IMG/VR virus record: IMGVR_UViG_3300021256_001754
Coordinates: 64,001 to 128,000 of that record
DNA from: a virus
Lineage: Duplodnaviria; Caudoviricetes
Strand: one strand, 5' to 3'
DNA: 64,000 nt
Shown here one piece after another: positions 10,330-21,704 of this stretch. The translations under genes and the position numbers were made by a program. How positions within the stretch are numbered: the first letter of the stretch is position 1; each line of letters opens with the position of its first letter. The notes beneath the pieces are model-generated. The model ran no database searches, was not told where the DNA came from, and saw nothing but the letters and a program-made list of their open reading frames with translations.

Positions 10330-10822
10330 GCTTATGGGTGAAATCCGTGAGACAACAAAGAAACAGAAGAGTGCTTCTAGAGTAGATGAGATCAGGGTAA
10401 TGAAGACAATGCTTAATGATCCCGACTTTAGTGTATCTATCTATGATAAGAATAAAGGTCTTATCGGTCAGCGTTGTCCACATGAGGAAGCAGTGAAGTT
10501 CTTAGCAAATACTACATCTGCTATTACAGGATTAGATGCAAAGAATGCAGCTGAGTTAGCATCAAAGTATGAGTTCACTAAGAAAGATGCAATCTTTATG
10601 GTTGAGAACAGTAGAGACTTTGTTCAGACATATCTTTCTACTGGACGTAAATTACCTATAGCTCAGACCGAAGACACAGAAGCCTCACTGTTCTACAGAG
10701 CAGTGCCATCTAAGGAGAAGGTTGTTCCTGGTGCTCAGAAGACAACAACCATTCCTTCATTCAATAAGGTCATCTGCAAAAGCAAGAGTCCTAAATATCA
10801 TAGTTTTGACAGTGAGAAGTAA
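10301..10822 (+). CDS. hypothetical phage protein
   Basis: 173-aa ORF with AAAGGAG RBS. Confidence 0.75.
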   Translation: MKDGELTMNELMGEIRETTKKQKSASRVDEIRVMKTMLNDPDFSVSIYDKNKGLIGQRCPHEEAVKFLANTTSAITGLDAKNAAELASKYEFTKKDAIFMVENSRDFVQTYLSTGRKLPIAQTEDTEASLFYRAVPSKEKVVPGAQKTTTIPSFNKVICKSKSPKYHSFDSEK

Positions 10823-10885
10823 AGATTCATGTGTGAGGTATATAAAACCTCACACATTTTATTAATATTTAAGGAGGCAATTATT

Positions 10886-11512
10886 ATGCAGTATATTAAT
10901 CGTGAAGATCCGCAGGTAGTAATGAAACGAGTTGAGTATATAAATTATATCGACGAGCATATTCAGAATGTAAATAGAGCATTTTCAAAATTATTTGGAA
11001 ATGTACCAGAAGGATTTACTATACCTGGATATGATGCTGTACAGACAGCAGAGATAATAGAGATATTATCTACAATTGTTCCGCACCATGATTCTTCTAA
11101 ATTTGGAGATATAGAATTCGATCCATATAGAAGACATTTCCATCCTACAGATATGGAAAAGAGTGCTGGAGAATCAAAAGAAGATACAGAGGCTTTTGAT
11201 AATGCTTGGCACCATCACTATACTAGTAATTCACATCATCCTCAGTTTTGGTGTTATACTGATATAAAACTTGTAGGAGCATATGGTGTTCCTAAGAAAT
11301 GGAAATTATCTCCAACCAAACATGATCCTATAGATATGGATATAATTTCTATATGTCATATGATATGTGATTGGGAAGGTATGAGTATGAAATTCGGTGG
11401 TACTACAGTAGATTGGTGGAATAATAAAGCTGATAAAGAAAAGAGTTTTATGAGTAAGAATACTTTAGATACAACAAATAAACTGATTGATCTGCTTTTT
11501 AAGGGAGAGTGA
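10886..11512 (+). CDS. HD-superfamily (DUF5662-like) protein
   Basis: EHIQNV...HHDSSKF...AWHHHYTSNSHHPQFW...MICDW; start placed at ATG after AAGGAGG. Confidence 0.7.
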   Translation: MQYINREDPQVVMKRVEYINYIDEHIQNVNRAFSKLFGNVPEGFTIPGYDAVQTAEIIEILSTIVPHHDSSKFGDIEFDPYRRHFHPTDMEKSAGESKEDTEAFDNAWHHHYTSNSHHPQFWCYTDIKLVGAYGVPKKWKLSPTKHDPIDMDIISICHMICDWEGMSMKFGGTTVDWWNNKADKEKSFMSKNTLDTTNKLIDLLFKGE

Positions 11513-11518
11513 TAATAA

Positions 11519-13129
11519 ATGGCAAGGCAGGCGTTTAAAGCACGAATACATCAATTTGATCTTATCAGAAAAGATGGGTCTGCCGTACAGATAGATCCAA
11601 TGCTTATAAAGTATATCTTGGTAGAATACAACTATCTTACAAGACATATGCCTGTAATATATCTGTCATTATCTGTAACAGAAGAAATGTATACGATGTT
11701 TATTACAGAACAGCAGACAAATGCAGGTGATGGAGAAAACGTTGATAATAAAGCTGGTCAAGTTGCATTGATTATAGAGAGATTTAATGCTAATAGATCC
11801 GAATCGTCATTATATCAAAATATGATATTCGGATATTTTCATTATATCCCTTCTACCAGTAATCCAAACTATACTCAAGTATTGAATGAAGATTCCAATT
11901 CACAGGATGTACCATTTAGAACTCTTACTTTAGCATTATTAAGCATGAATCTAATGAATAATAGTAAGACTTCTTTTAATGGTATATTAGGAGAAATAGA
12001 TCAAGAGACATTGATTGCTAAGGCTTTAGAGAATATGGTGGATGCTAAGGGTAAACCTATGGAATGTGTCATAATGAAGCCTAAGTATAATGCTAAATTC
12101 GATACATTCATAGTACCACCTCTTACATCTAGAAATGAACTCATTGATTATTTTTTCAAAAAGAACCCATTTTATGATACCAATTATGAGTTCTTTATGG
12201 ACTTCCAGAGGTGTTATTTGAGAGATTGGACAGGAGAAGCTGTAGATGCAGGGGATGGTGAACCAACACGCATTATAATATCTATACAACAAGTTACTGA
12301 TCCTAGAGCATACTATGAAGGAGTCGAGAAATTATCAGATTCTTATCTCATGTATTTAAACCCTGCTAATACTAATCTATCTCTAAATAAAACTTCAGAT
12401 AATGTAGCAAACCAAATGGTATTTGTAGATGATACTGGTACTGTAGAAAAAGTAGATCTAAATGTAAATAATGCTATAGGATCTTCTGTAAAACAAACCT
12501 TTAGACGTGGTGGTAGTGCTGCTTTATATAAGAATAACGCAGAGAATGATGCTGTAATTCTTGAGATTATGAAAGAGAATGTAAATGCAGAATTGTTTAA
12601 TCCTAATATGTCTATCAAATTAGAGAACTATGATGGTTATAGTGAATATAACGGAGATTATTGTATAATGTATAAGAAACAAGTTATAAGCAATAATAAC
12701 GGAGAATTCGGTATAGCTGTAATACTAGGATTAAGGAAGATAACACATATAGTTCCTATAGGTTCAGAACAGACAGCAAAAGCAGTACAGAGCAATCAAG
12801 GTGCTGCTGCTAGATATATGGGAGCTATAAGAGAACCATCTACAGAATCACATACATCCGCTTCGTCAAATTATTATGGTCCTTTAGGATCTAGTAAGAA
12901 TAAACAATCTGCTTCTGTAAATTCTAATAGAGAGAAATCTAGAGCTGCTGGTGTTATCAAATTAAATGCTGGTGATAAAGCAAAAGAATTTAAGAAGTCT
13001 AAAGATGTATTACCATTAACAGCACCTGAACGTATTCTACCTAAAGTAATACGTACCAAAGCTAAAAATGATACCAATGGATTTCAGATAGATCTAGAAG
13101 AATGTGACGTTACAAAGAAGAAGGACTAA
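11519..13129 (+). CDS. probable virion structural (tail/baseplate hub-like) protein
   Basis: 536-aa ORF in the structural cluster; no catalytic motifs recognised. Confidence 0.5.
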   Translation: MARQAFKARIHQFDLIRKDGSAVQIDPMLIKYILVEYNYLTRHMPVIYLSLSVTEEMYTMFITEQQTNAGDGENVDNKAGQVALIIERFNANRSESSLYQNMIFGYFHYIPSTSNPNYTQVLNEDSNSQDVPFRTLTLALLSMNLMNNSKTSFNGILGEIDQETLIAKALENMVDAKGKPMECVIMKPKYNAKFDTFIVPPLTSRNELIDYFFKKNPFYDTNYEFFMDFQRCYLRDWTGEAVDAGDGEPTRIIISIQQVTDPRAYYEGVEKLSDSYLMYLNPANTNLSLNKTSDNVANQMVFVDDTGTVEKVDLNVNNAIGSSVKQTFRRGGSAALYKNNAENDAVILEIMKENVNAELFNPNMSIKLENYDGYSEYNGDYCIMYKKQVISNNNGEFGIAVILGLRKITHIVPIGSEQTAKAVQSNQGAAARYMGAIREPSTESHTSASSNYYGPLGSSKNKQSASVNSNREKSRAAGVIKLNAGDKAKEFKKSKDVLPLTAPERILPKVIRTKAKNDTNGFQIDLEECDVTKKKD

Positions 13130-13221
13130 TTGTCCTTCTTCTTTTTTTTTTATGCCTTGTAAATACCTTGAGGATTAACTTCTATATAATGTAACAAAAT
13201 TAATAGGAAAGGAGAACTGTT

Positions 13222-13809
13222 ATGAGCAGTCTTATGACAATTTCATACGAAATTATCCAGAGTGCTAGAATCAATATGGGATTCGATGATGGTACTATCA
13301 AGAAGCTCTTGGTTAGTCCTGGTGATGTCGTAAATGTTATATACAACTATAATGGCGTTAGAACCGATCTTACCGGTAAAGTAACAAAGATTGTTTCCGA
13401 CAAACAGAATAGCTGTGAATGTTCATGTAGCAAATGGATTATGGTTATCGATGCATCAGCATATGGTGGATCAACGGTAAACAGAATCGATCTTGCCAAG
13501 ATATTAGATCTCACAATTATCACAAAGGCTGAAGACTACAACGAGATTACCTCTCCAACCGGAGAATACAATATTTCAAATCTTAGATTGGTTGGTAATT
13601 TGGTACAGCTTTCTGTAGATAATGGTGCAACGTGGCTCAATATGTGTGCTCTTCCAAGTGTAGATCCTGGATTGGATGACAGTGATGCTGTATATATCGA
13701 AAAGGTTAAAGCTATACTCCCGTCTAACCTAAGACCAGATGTATATGCTTCTATGCTTAAGAGTATGGTTGAATTGCTTAAAGCAGCTGATGCTGAGGCA
13801 GGTAATTAA
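13222..13809 (+). CDS. hypothetical protein
   Basis: 195-aa ORF, AAAGGAG RBS. Confidence 0.7.
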   Translation: MSSLMTISYEIIQSARINMGFDDGTIKKLLVSPGDVVNVIYNYNGVRTDLTGKVTKIVSDKQNSCECSCSKWIMVIDASAYGGSTVNRIDLAKILDLTIITKAEDYNEITSPTGEYNISNLRLVGNLVQLSVDNGATWLNMCALPSVDPGLDDSDAVYIEKVKAILPSNLRPDVYASMLKSMVELLKAADAEAGN

Positions 13810-13830
13810 TAAATAGAAAGGAAGATTATC

Positions 13831-14853
13831 ATGGCTAATATTATCAATGGATATACTAACGATTGGTACCCAAAGCAGGAACCTATAGTACCAAAGGCAT
13901 ATCATAAATATCTTAAATTAGATGATCTCAAGAACAGCTATCCGGATATCTTTTCAGATGACGAGGCTGCTACACTTCAGGATAGACTCGATAAAGTATC
14001 AAACGGTTCTACTGTAAGACTTGATAAGAATTACAAAGAGGATATCGTTATTAAGGCTGGTAGAATTATCAAGCTTGATCTTGCCGGATATACTCTTACA
14101 AATAAAGAGTCTGATACTATCACTGTTGAGTTTGGTGCTGCTCTTACAATTGTTGGTAAGGGTACTATCGACAACACAACTGCTGGTATGGCTGCTCTTT
14201 ATAATAATGGTATTGCTATTATCGATGGACCTACACTTACAAAGTCAGAAACCGAATACTACGCAGTGCTTAACCACGGCTCTCTCGTAGTAAATAGCGG
14301 TGTTATTAAGCTGGCTGAAGGAATGACATCTTCTGTACTGGTAAACGGCTACTATGACTTTGGAAGAGATAATCCTAAGTATGGATATGTACCTGGAGTA
14401 AATATGGAAGCTCCTACATTATATCTTGAGGGTGGTTCTGTTCTTGGTGGTCGTAATGCTGTTAAGAACGACGATAACGGATATGCTTATATCGATGGTG
14501 GAATTGTTAAGGGAACACAGTGCAACCTTTTCAATGTACATAAGATGAACGTCAAGGGTGGTTCTTTTATCACTCCAAATCTTGATGGATCTACAGTAGA
14601 AGCTTATGGAACACCTGGTTGGTGTGTATATTCCAAGTACTATGATGGTGGATGGGATGATGCCATTACAATTATCAATGGTGGAGAATTTGCCGGTGAT
14701 ATGTATGCTGATGGAGATGAGGCTCTTACATGGATTATGGGTGGCAAGTTTGATCGCGAAGTTGATTATCTCCCTGAAGGATATCATTGGGAAAAGATCG
14801 CTGGAAGCTATGTACCGGTTGTTGGAAATGCTACTGTCGATGAGGAAGGCTAA
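13831..14853 (+). CDS. beta-helix (pectin-lyase-fold-like) protein resembling Firmicutes surface-protein domains
   Basis: LDLAGYTLT, GKGTIDN, repeated I.GG.F/INGG strands. Confidence 0.55.
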   Translation: MANIINGYTNDWYPKQEPIVPKAYHKYLKLDDLKNSYPDIFSDDEAATLQDRLDKVSNGSTVRLDKNYKEDIVIKAGRIIKLDLAGYTLTNKESDTITVEFGAALTIVGKGTIDNTTAGMAALYNNGIAIIDGPTLTKSETEYYAVLNHGSLVVNSGVIKLAEGMTSSVLVNGYYDFGRDNPKYGYVPGVNMEAPTLYLEGGSVLGGRNAVKNDDNGYAYIDGGIVKGTQCNLFNVHKMNVKGGSFITPNLDGSTVEAYGTPGWCVYSKYYDGGWDDAITIINGGEFAGDMYADGDEALTWIMGGKFDREVDYLPEGYHWEKIAGSYVPVVGNATVDEEG

Positions 14854-14930
14854 TCATATAAAAGGTATGGGGAGGAGAAGAATTTCTTCTCTCCATATAA
14901 TATTTGAAACGATGAAAGGAGTAGGCTAAA

Positions 14931-16823
14931 ATGGCTACAACAACGTACGATCCAAATTTTACCTTTAAGTATGGTACAGAAGAAAATCTAGAGAATCTAG
15001 ACTATCAAACCGGTTCGATTATTTTTTGTAGTAATGGACAACAGTTCGTGGATGTGGCTGGTACTCGACATCGTATTACTAGCATAATTGCTGATTATAC
15101 CGAACAACAGATACATTCAGTTGATGGTAAATTTATTCCTCAAGAAGACGATACTCCAGATGAAGAAGATCCAACAGATAACACAAATACCACTACAGAA
15201 GATAATACTGGTGATACGAATACATCTACAGACGATGATTCAAGTACTGATAATAAAGAAAATTCTGGTACTCTATTAGGTGCTGGAGACAATGAATCCG
15301 GTGATAATTCAGATACCAATACAGACGAAAGTAATGGAAATGACAATACACCTTCAGATGATACACCAACAGAAGATGAAGAAGATACACCGGCATTTAG
15401 ACCTTATGGTCTCCCTGTAATATATATTGCATCCGATACTTATAATGTATTCTTCTATAATACAGAAACGTATAATATGGAAGAACTTACAATAACTCTT
15501 GCTAGAGCAGCAACAAATGATGGATTAGGTAATAATATTGCAGAGACTTATTGTACGAAAGAAACAGAGACTTCTGATTATAGAGAAGCATCTGATAAGA
15601 TTGAACAATTATTTGCCAGCATAGCAGCTCTGCCTAAATTCATTATCAGAGTTTGTGAAGATGGAAGTTTGCCTGTTGTTGGAGAAGAAGGAGTTCTTTA
15701 TTTTGTTCCTATATCTACTACAGCAGAGGAGACAATATATACTACATATATCTATTCAGTAGATGATGGATATTATATAAAGATTGGTTCTTCAAGTGCT
15801 GATCTTGATAATTATCCAACGAAAGTTGAAATGCAACAGTCGTTAGCAACTTTACAAGCAAATCTCGAAAATAAGATGAATAATGGAGATGCTATATTAC
15901 AAGCATCTATAGATAATTTATCATCTAGAGTAATATCTGCTGAATCGGCTGTTAATTCAGTAAACACAAGAGTTTCTTCATATGATTCTAAGATTAATAG
16001 CGTTACTGAAAAGGCAAATAATAACGAAGAGAATATAACAACTCTTAATAGGGCTTTAGCAAATGACGAAACTGCTATAGCTAAGCTTAGAACAGATGTA
16101 AATACCAATACTTCAAAGATTTCTACAGTTGAATCTGTATCTTCAACAAATACTTTAGATATAGAAGGTCTTACTGGTAGAATGAAAACAGCAGAGACAA
16201 ATATACAGCGTCTTGCTGAAGCTTCTTCTGGTAGTGGAGAAACCTTTGACCAGATATTCGGAATACTTGATACTGTAGAAGCAAATATAGATACTATTAG
16301 CGAGCAGTCGAATACTAATAGTGTAGATATAGCTGAGCTTAAACAGACAACAAAAGATAATTCTACTGCTATAGTAAACAACAAATCAAAGATCGAAACA
16401 AATACCGGCAATATTAGTTCATTGACATCAAGAATGAATACTGCTGAATCTGATATAAGAAATTTGAAAAATGTTGCAAAACAGGTATCAACTAATACTA
16501 ACAATATAGCTAGTATAACAAATACTCTTGATACAAAACTTACTTATAGTAGTGGAGAATTAAGTAACGTTGATTTTAACAATTATACTACAGCAGGTTG
16601 TTATGAGATAACAGATCTATCTGGAGCAGCAAATTATCCTGTAAATGAAATTGGTACCTTAAGTATTACTGCTAACCAGTATAGCTTAATCCAGGAATAC
16701 GTTACCAAGACTAATATTTATATTAGATCTTATGTAGATGGAGATTGGACACAATGGATACCCATTCAGAGATGGACAGTGGATGGTTCTAAACTTGTAG
16801 AGGATTTTGGATATGAAGGATAA
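14931..16823 (+). CDS. tail fibre with acidic linker, long coiled coil and knob-like C-terminal domain
   Basis: heptad repeats (NTxxIxxL), DFNNYTTAGCY...QEY...YIRSY...WTQW knob pattern, ends DFGYEG. Confidence 0.75.
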   Translation: MATTTYDPNFTFKYGTEENLENLDYQTGSIIFCSNGQQFVDVAGTRHRITSIIADYTEQQIHSVDGKFIPQEDDTPDEEDPTDNTNTTTEDNTGDTNTSTDDDSSTDNKENSGTLLGAGDNESGDNSDTNTDESNGNDNTPSDDTPTEDEEDTPAFRPYGLPVIYIASDTYNVFFYNTETYNMEELTITLARAATNDGLGNNIAETYCTKETETSDYREASDKIEQLFASIAALPKFIIRVCEDGSLPVVGEEGVLYFVPISTTAEETIYTTYIYSVDDGYYIKIGSSSADLDNYPTKVEMQQSLATLQANLENKMNNGDAILQASIDNLSSRVISAESAVNSVNTRVSSYDSKINSVTEKANNNEENITTLNRALANDETAIAKLRTDVNTNTSKISTVESVSSTNTLDIEGLTGRMKTAETNIQRLAEASSGSGETFDQIFGILDTVEANIDTISEQSNTNSVDIAELKQTTKDNSTAIVNNKSKIETNTGNISSLTSRMNTAESDIRNLKNVAKQVSTNTNNIASITNTLDTKLTYSSGELSNVDFNNYTTAGCYEITDLSGAANYPVNEIGTLSITANQYSLIQEYVTKTNIYIRSYVDGDWTQWIPIQRWTVDGSKLVEDFGYEG

Positions 16824-16834
16824 GGAGGTATAAG

Positions 16835-17809
16835 ATGTATAATTTTGTAATATGTAATACCGAAGATCTCCCTATTTCTTTTGAACGAGACGATAATACT
16901 TTCTACTATGTATACGATAAACTTATCCTGTTTAAAGGAAGAATATTATATACAGATCCATTCGCTATAGTTTCGTCCGTACCAACAGATGAAGATGTGC
17001 TTCCTGATAACTATATGATTTATATCTATATGGAAGATGGTTCTATTTGGCAGAATAACGATTATGTAGTTGAACAGATAGCAACTTTATCTGATCAGTC
17101 TCAGTTAGAGTATCTTAAAGCATCTGGAGCAACTTATTTTGCCAAATCTGATTATAGATATTTGGACTTACAGACAAAGTCTATAATACTTCCATATCAT
17201 AATGGAAAATATCAGCTTGGATTATCTCTAGCTAACGATTTAGCTATAGATGAAAATCTTGTAGTAAAATTCGATCCTAAAAATTCTAGATTTATATTCG
17301 ATGGAAATCTACAAGAACCTGAATCTGGAGATTGGCATCGAATACAGGATTATAAAGGATATAGAAGTGATACAGTAGAGACTGTTATTGAAGATGGAGT
17401 TGTAAAATCCAATGTACGAGTTTCTACGGCGGCAGATAACCTTATAAAGACTTATGGAGATGGTCTTTTTGTATATACAGGAGATCGAGCCAAATTGTCA
17501 GATTTCAAAAAGCTTAAAGAATATTTTGAAGCATATAAAACTGATATAGACGCTTATCAGAGTATAGTTGCAGAGGCTGTAAAAAGTACAGCAGAGACTC
17601 TCAATACATTACCTGAGAAGATACTTGATGCTATGGAAGTATATGGGGATAATATACAAGAAGCATTGGAAAAATATGACGAGATAGTTGAAGAATATGA
17701 GCAGCTTAAGGTCGATATAGATACTTATATGACAGAGTCTACCGGAGAGTTATATGAGCAGGTAGAGTCATTTTTACAATCTATAAATGACCCATGGAGG
17801 TACTTCTGA
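16835..17809 (+). CDS. fibre-associated structural protein
   Basis: 324 aa, AAGGAGG RBS, C-terminal coiled coil, within the fibre cluster. Confidence 0.6.
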   Translation: MYNFVICNTEDLPISFERDDNTFYYVYDKLILFKGRILYTDPFAIVSSVPTDEDVLPDNYMIYIYMEDGSIWQNNDYVVEQIATLSDQSQLEYLKASGATYFAKSDYRYLDLQTKSIILPYHNGKYQLGLSLANDLAIDENLVVKFDPKNSRFIFDGNLQEPESGDWHRIQDYKGYRSDTVETVIEDGVVKSNVRVSTAADNLIKTYGDGLFVYTGDRAKLSDFKKLKEYFEAYKTDIDAYQSIVAEAVKSTAETLNTLPEKILDAMEVYGDNIQEALEKYDEIVEEYEQLKVDIDTYMTESTGELYEQVESFLQSINDPWRYF

Positions 17810-17856
17810 TAAGAATAACATCATGATAAATGCTGCCCATAGAAAGGAGAATTTTT

Positions 17857-18282
17857 ATGGCACTATCTACTATTTGCCCTAGAAGAGGAGACTCTTATTC
17901 ATGGCTTACAGTTGATCCTGTTTTACAATCAGGAGAACTTGCAATAGAATATCCATCTACCGGTGTTGGAACTGGATTATGTAAATTCAAAATCGGTGAT
18001 GGATCTACTAACTATAGTGGACTCCCATATGCATTTGATGGAGAGTCTGCAAATTCAATTGACGGAGGTACAGCTGATTCTTCACATTTAATTAGAATCA
18101 GAAGCGATAGCTCTTATAATTGGGATATAAATGATCCTATATTAGCTTTAGGAGAAATCGGTTATGATATCGACGTTAATTCTTTCAAAGTAGGTGATGG
18201 CAGATCCTTATGGTCAAGCCTTAACTATGTCAACTCTGTATCTGACGTTGAAGGTATTATCGACTGTGGATTCGAGGGTTGA
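17857..18282 (+). CDS. adaptor with two tandem Mtd-N/hyaluronidase-N-like domains
   Basis: two copies of (RRG/IRS)D...P.L..GE...K(I/V)GDG...L.Y; start after GAAAGGAG; ends DCGFEG. Confidence 0.7.
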   Translation: MALSTICPRRGDSYSWLTVDPVLQSGELAIEYPSTGVGTGLCKFKIGDGSTNYSGLPYAFDGESANSIDGGTADSSHLIRIRSDSSYNWDINDPILALGEIGYDIDVNSFKVGDGRSLWSSLNYVNSVSDVEGIIDCGFEG

Positions 18283-18365
18283 TTTATAAATTTAATCTCT
18301 TATAGCGCTGTAAAATTTCTAAATAAGTCAACAATTAAAAAATAAATTATACAAAGGAGACAATT

Positions 18366-20660
18366 ATGGCTAATTTACAGAAATATTTCGCTCCACGTCG
18401 TGGAACAAGTACTGTTATGGCTTCTAAGGGAACTATAGTTCTCAAGTCTGGTGAGCTTTTCATCGAGACTCCGGCAACTGGTACTGGTACCGGTCATTCC
18501 AAGATCAAGCTCGGTGATGGCGTAACTCAGTATAGCGCACTTCCTTATGCATTAGGCGATACTTCAAATGATGCTATCGATTTCACACCTGATTCTTCTG
18601 CTACTGTCGATGCGGCTTTAGCTAAGGTTGTTACTGGTGCTGCTCTTAAGACCGATATCGCTGCTATGAAGCAGGCTCTTTCACTCCTTGCTGCATCTCA
18701 GGCTGCTGCATATGCATTCGGTACTGTTAATGTAGATGGAACAAATGTTGCCGCTACAGCTGTTGGTGATACTGTATCTCTTGTATCTGGTGCTAATGTA
18801 TCTATGACTGTTGATGGTAAGTCAATTACTATCGCTGCTACAGATACTACATACGAGAATGCTACTTCTGCTGTTGCTGGTCTTATGTCTGAAACAGATA
18901 AGGCTAAGCTTGATGGTATCGAGGATGGTGCTGAAGCTAACCAGGCTGCAATTGCTTCTGTATCTGTTGGTGCTGTTGCTATCGAAGCTGACTCTGAGCA
19001 GACAGATATCAAGCTTGTTGCTGGTGATAATGTAACAATTACTCCTGATGCTTCAACAAAGACAATCACTGTTGCTGCTACAGATACAACTTATGAGAAT
19101 GCTACTTCTGCTGTTGCTGGTCTTATGTCTACATCTGACAAGGCTAAGCTTGATGGTATTGAGAGCGGTGCTCAGGTTAATACTGTAACTGGTGTTAAGG
19201 GTGATAACGAGGCTTCTTACCGTACAGGTCAGATCAATATCACAAAGGATAACATCGGTCTCGGAAACGTTGAAAATACAGCTGACGCTGATAAGGTAGT
19301 TGCATCTGCTGGTAAGCTTACAACTCCTATCACACTTTCTGTATCTGGTGGTGCTACCGGTTCTGCATCTTTCGATGGATCTGCTAATACAGATATCAAT
19401 ATCACATCTATCGATGCTACAAAGATTTCAGGTACTATCTCTATCGACAACCTTCCTCATTCTGCTATCGAGCGTTGCGTAGTTGTTGCTGACGAAGCAG
19501 CTCGTCTTGCTCTTACTATTGAAGACGTACAGACAGGTGATACTGTTAAGCAGAACGATACTGGAGTTATGTACTTCGTAGTTGATGATTCAGCTCTTGG
19601 TACAGCCGCTGCATTCGAAGAGTATACAGCCGGAACAGCTGCAGCTGTTGAGTGGAGTAACGTACTCAACAAGCCAACAGAGTTCCCTCCTGAGGAACAT
19701 ACACACCTTTATGCTGGTTCTGCTACAGCAGGTGGATCAGCTACACATGCACTTGCAGCTGATGCAGCTACAAATGCGACAAACGATGCTGCTGGAAATA
19801 ATATCCGGTCTACATATGTAAAGGGAATCGATGCAGTTGGAACAACTGTTACTGTAACATACGGTGATGGATCTACTACTACATTCGAGACACAGGATGA
19901 AAATACCACATACGAGAACGCTACAACAGCTGTTGCTGGTCTTATGTCTACAACTGACAAGGCTAAGCTCGATGGTATCGCTGAAGGTGCTGAGGTTAAC
20001 CAGAATGCAATTTCTTACGTTCAGGTTGGCGATACTCAGATCGCAGCTGGTGCTAAGCAGTCAACTCTTAATGTAGCTGCTGGTGCTAACGTTCAGGTTG
20101 CTGGAAACGCTGAAACAAATACTCTTACAATCTCTGCTACAGATACTACATATGAGAATGCTACAACAGCTGTTGCTGGTCTTATGTCTACATCTGACAA
20201 GGCTAAGCTCGATGGTATCTCTGCTGAAGCTAACAAGACAGTTGTAGCAGCTACTCTCACAGAGGGTGTTGCTATCGCTACAATCACAATTGATGGCGTT
20301 GCTACAACTCTTTACTGCGAAGAGGATACAGATACTCACTATGCAAGTACAACTGTTGTTGCTGGTACAGCTGCCGCTACTGATAATACAGATACCGCTC
20401 TTGCAAATGGTAACGTATATCTCAACCACGTTGAGAATGGCGTTGTTGTTGGTTCTCACAAGATTACTGGTGCTAACACAACAACTGTTACAACTGATGC
20501 ATCCGGAAATATTATCATTACAGGCTTAGGAACTGATCAAACGGCTTCGACAACTGAAAATGGTCTGATGTCTGCAGCTGATAAGCTTAAGCTTGACAGT
20601 ATGGCTGATGTATCTGGCAACGAGGTTCTCTACGACTTCGGTGAGGAAACTCTGTCCTAA
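18366..20660 (+). CDS. tail fibre protein, Mtd-N-like N-terminus, repeated DTTYENAT.AVAGLMS..DKAKLDGI modules
   Basis: 764 aa, Ala/Thr rich, 4-5 repeats, ends DFGEETLS. Confidence 0.8.
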   Translation: MANLQKYFAPRRGTSTVMASKGTIVLKSGELFIETPATGTGTGHSKIKLGDGVTQYSALPYALGDTSNDAIDFTPDSSATVDAALAKVVTGAALKTDIAAMKQALSLLAASQAAAYAFGTVNVDGTNVAATAVGDTVSLVSGANVSMTVDGKSITIAATDTTYENATSAVAGLMSETDKAKLDGIEDGAEANQAAIASVSVGAVAIEADSEQTDIKLVAGDNVTITPDASTKTITVAATDTTYENATSAVAGLMSTSDKAKLDGIESGAQVNTVTGVKGDNEASYRTGQINITKDNIGLGNVENTADADKVVASAGKLTTPITLSVSGGATGSASFDGSANTDINITSIDATKISGTISIDNLPHSAIERCVVVADEAARLALTIEDVQTGDTVKQNDTGVMYFVVDDSALGTAAAFEEYTAGTAAAVEWSNVLNKPTEFPPEEHTHLYAGSATAGGSATHALAADAATNATNDAAGNNIRSTYVKGIDAVGTTVTVTYGDGSTTTFETQDENTTYENATTAVAGLMSTTDKAKLDGIAEGAEVNQNAISYVQVGDTQIAAGAKQSTLNVAAGANVQVAGNAETNTLTISATDTTYENATTAVAGLMSTSDKAKLDGISAEANKTVVAATLTEGVAIATITIDGVATTLYCEEDTDTHYASTTVVAGTAAATDNTDTALANGNVYLNHVENGVVVGSHKITGANTTTVTTDASGNIIITGLGTDQTASTTENGLMSAADKLKLDSMADVSGNEVLYDFGEETLS

Positions 20661-20843
20661 TTATTAAGTAATACTTCTGTGTATTATTGGCTAAAAATAA
20701 ATTGTCCAGAGAGGTTAATCCTCTCTGGACTTTTTAATGTGTTGTAAAAGCACCTATTTAGATATTTATATATCACTATAAAATGCTAAAAACAAAAAAT
20801 AAAGTATTATCCCTGTGAGTACAGGGATAATAGTTTTAATGCC

Positions 20844-21482
20844 TTATATTACCGTCCAGTTATACCTTATACATGATACCATGTCTTCTATTAGTTCGTC
20901 CCAGTCGGTATATGCAGGATATCTATATCTTCTGAGCTTTGCTCTTATATATTCATCTCCATCTTTAAAATTAGATAAATTTGTGAAAATGAATTGTTTA
21001 TTTTTACCTTCAGATGCTCCATAAACATATTCTCCATTACGTTCTCTAAAACCTCCTCCAAAAACATATTCGTCGCTTTGCTCTCTGAATTTTGCTCTTG
21101 CTAATGCTTCTCCGAATTCTATTCTGGTAGTTCTAGCATACGATCTATCTACAGATGGAGTTTCTGTATATTTGGTAAAACCGAATACTATAATATCAGC
21201 ACATTCAAGTCTTCTCGTTTCCCACTCGAATTGAGTATCGAAATCAAACTCCATCGTTCTTTCCGGATTCCATCTTGGAGAGAATATTGTAATCCTGTCA
21301 AGCAGACAGTCAATCCATTTTTCTGTTTCAGAACTTTTTTCCTTCTTTGATAAAATAAAACTTTCTAATTTTTTAGCAAACTCAGATTGCCAATCGTAAA
21401 CATATGATACAGGTCCAGCTAAAAAGATTTTAATATCAGTTGGGTCAAATTCTATACTGTCATTTGGTCTAATAAATTTCAT
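20844..21482 (-). CDS. nucleoside 2-deoxyribosyltransferase-like protein
   Basis: KIFLAGPV...DWQ...FSPR...QFEWETRRLECADII...TTRIEFGE. Confidence 0.7.
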   Translation of the reverse strand: MKFIRPNDSIEFDPTDIKIFLAGPVSYVYDWQSEFAKKLESFILSKKEKSSETEKWIDCLLDRITIFSPRWNPERTMEFDFDTQFEWETRRLECADIIVFGFTKYTETPSVDRSYARTTRIEFGEALARAKFREQSDEYVFGGGFRERNGEYVYGASEGKNKQFIFTNLSNFKDGDEYIRAKLRRYRYPAYTDWDELIEDMVSCIRYNWTVI

Positions 21483-21704
21483 ATGTAACCTCCTATTTAT
21501 TTATTATTATAATAATAGTATATGATTTTATATATTTTTAATTGATGATATAGATATAAAAATGCAACTGTACACCTTTTTTATCTGATAAAAACTATGC
21601 ATTTAAATTACGTACATTTTAGTAATGCATTTTTGCAGTTACTCGAACCAGATAAAATGGTTCAAAATTTTATTTTTCATTTATCGATAGGAGGTAAATA
21701 GGTT

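Noticed and set aside
21543-21588. TGATGAT upstream of the expression locus
   Set aside because: The frame closes after 14 codons (DDIDIKMQLYTFFI*), so it is not a tip cassette; at most a relic or chance site.
21555-21665. Short inverted repeats upstream of the expression locus
   Set aside because: Only 6-9 bp AT-rich matches, which I cannot distinguish from chance.
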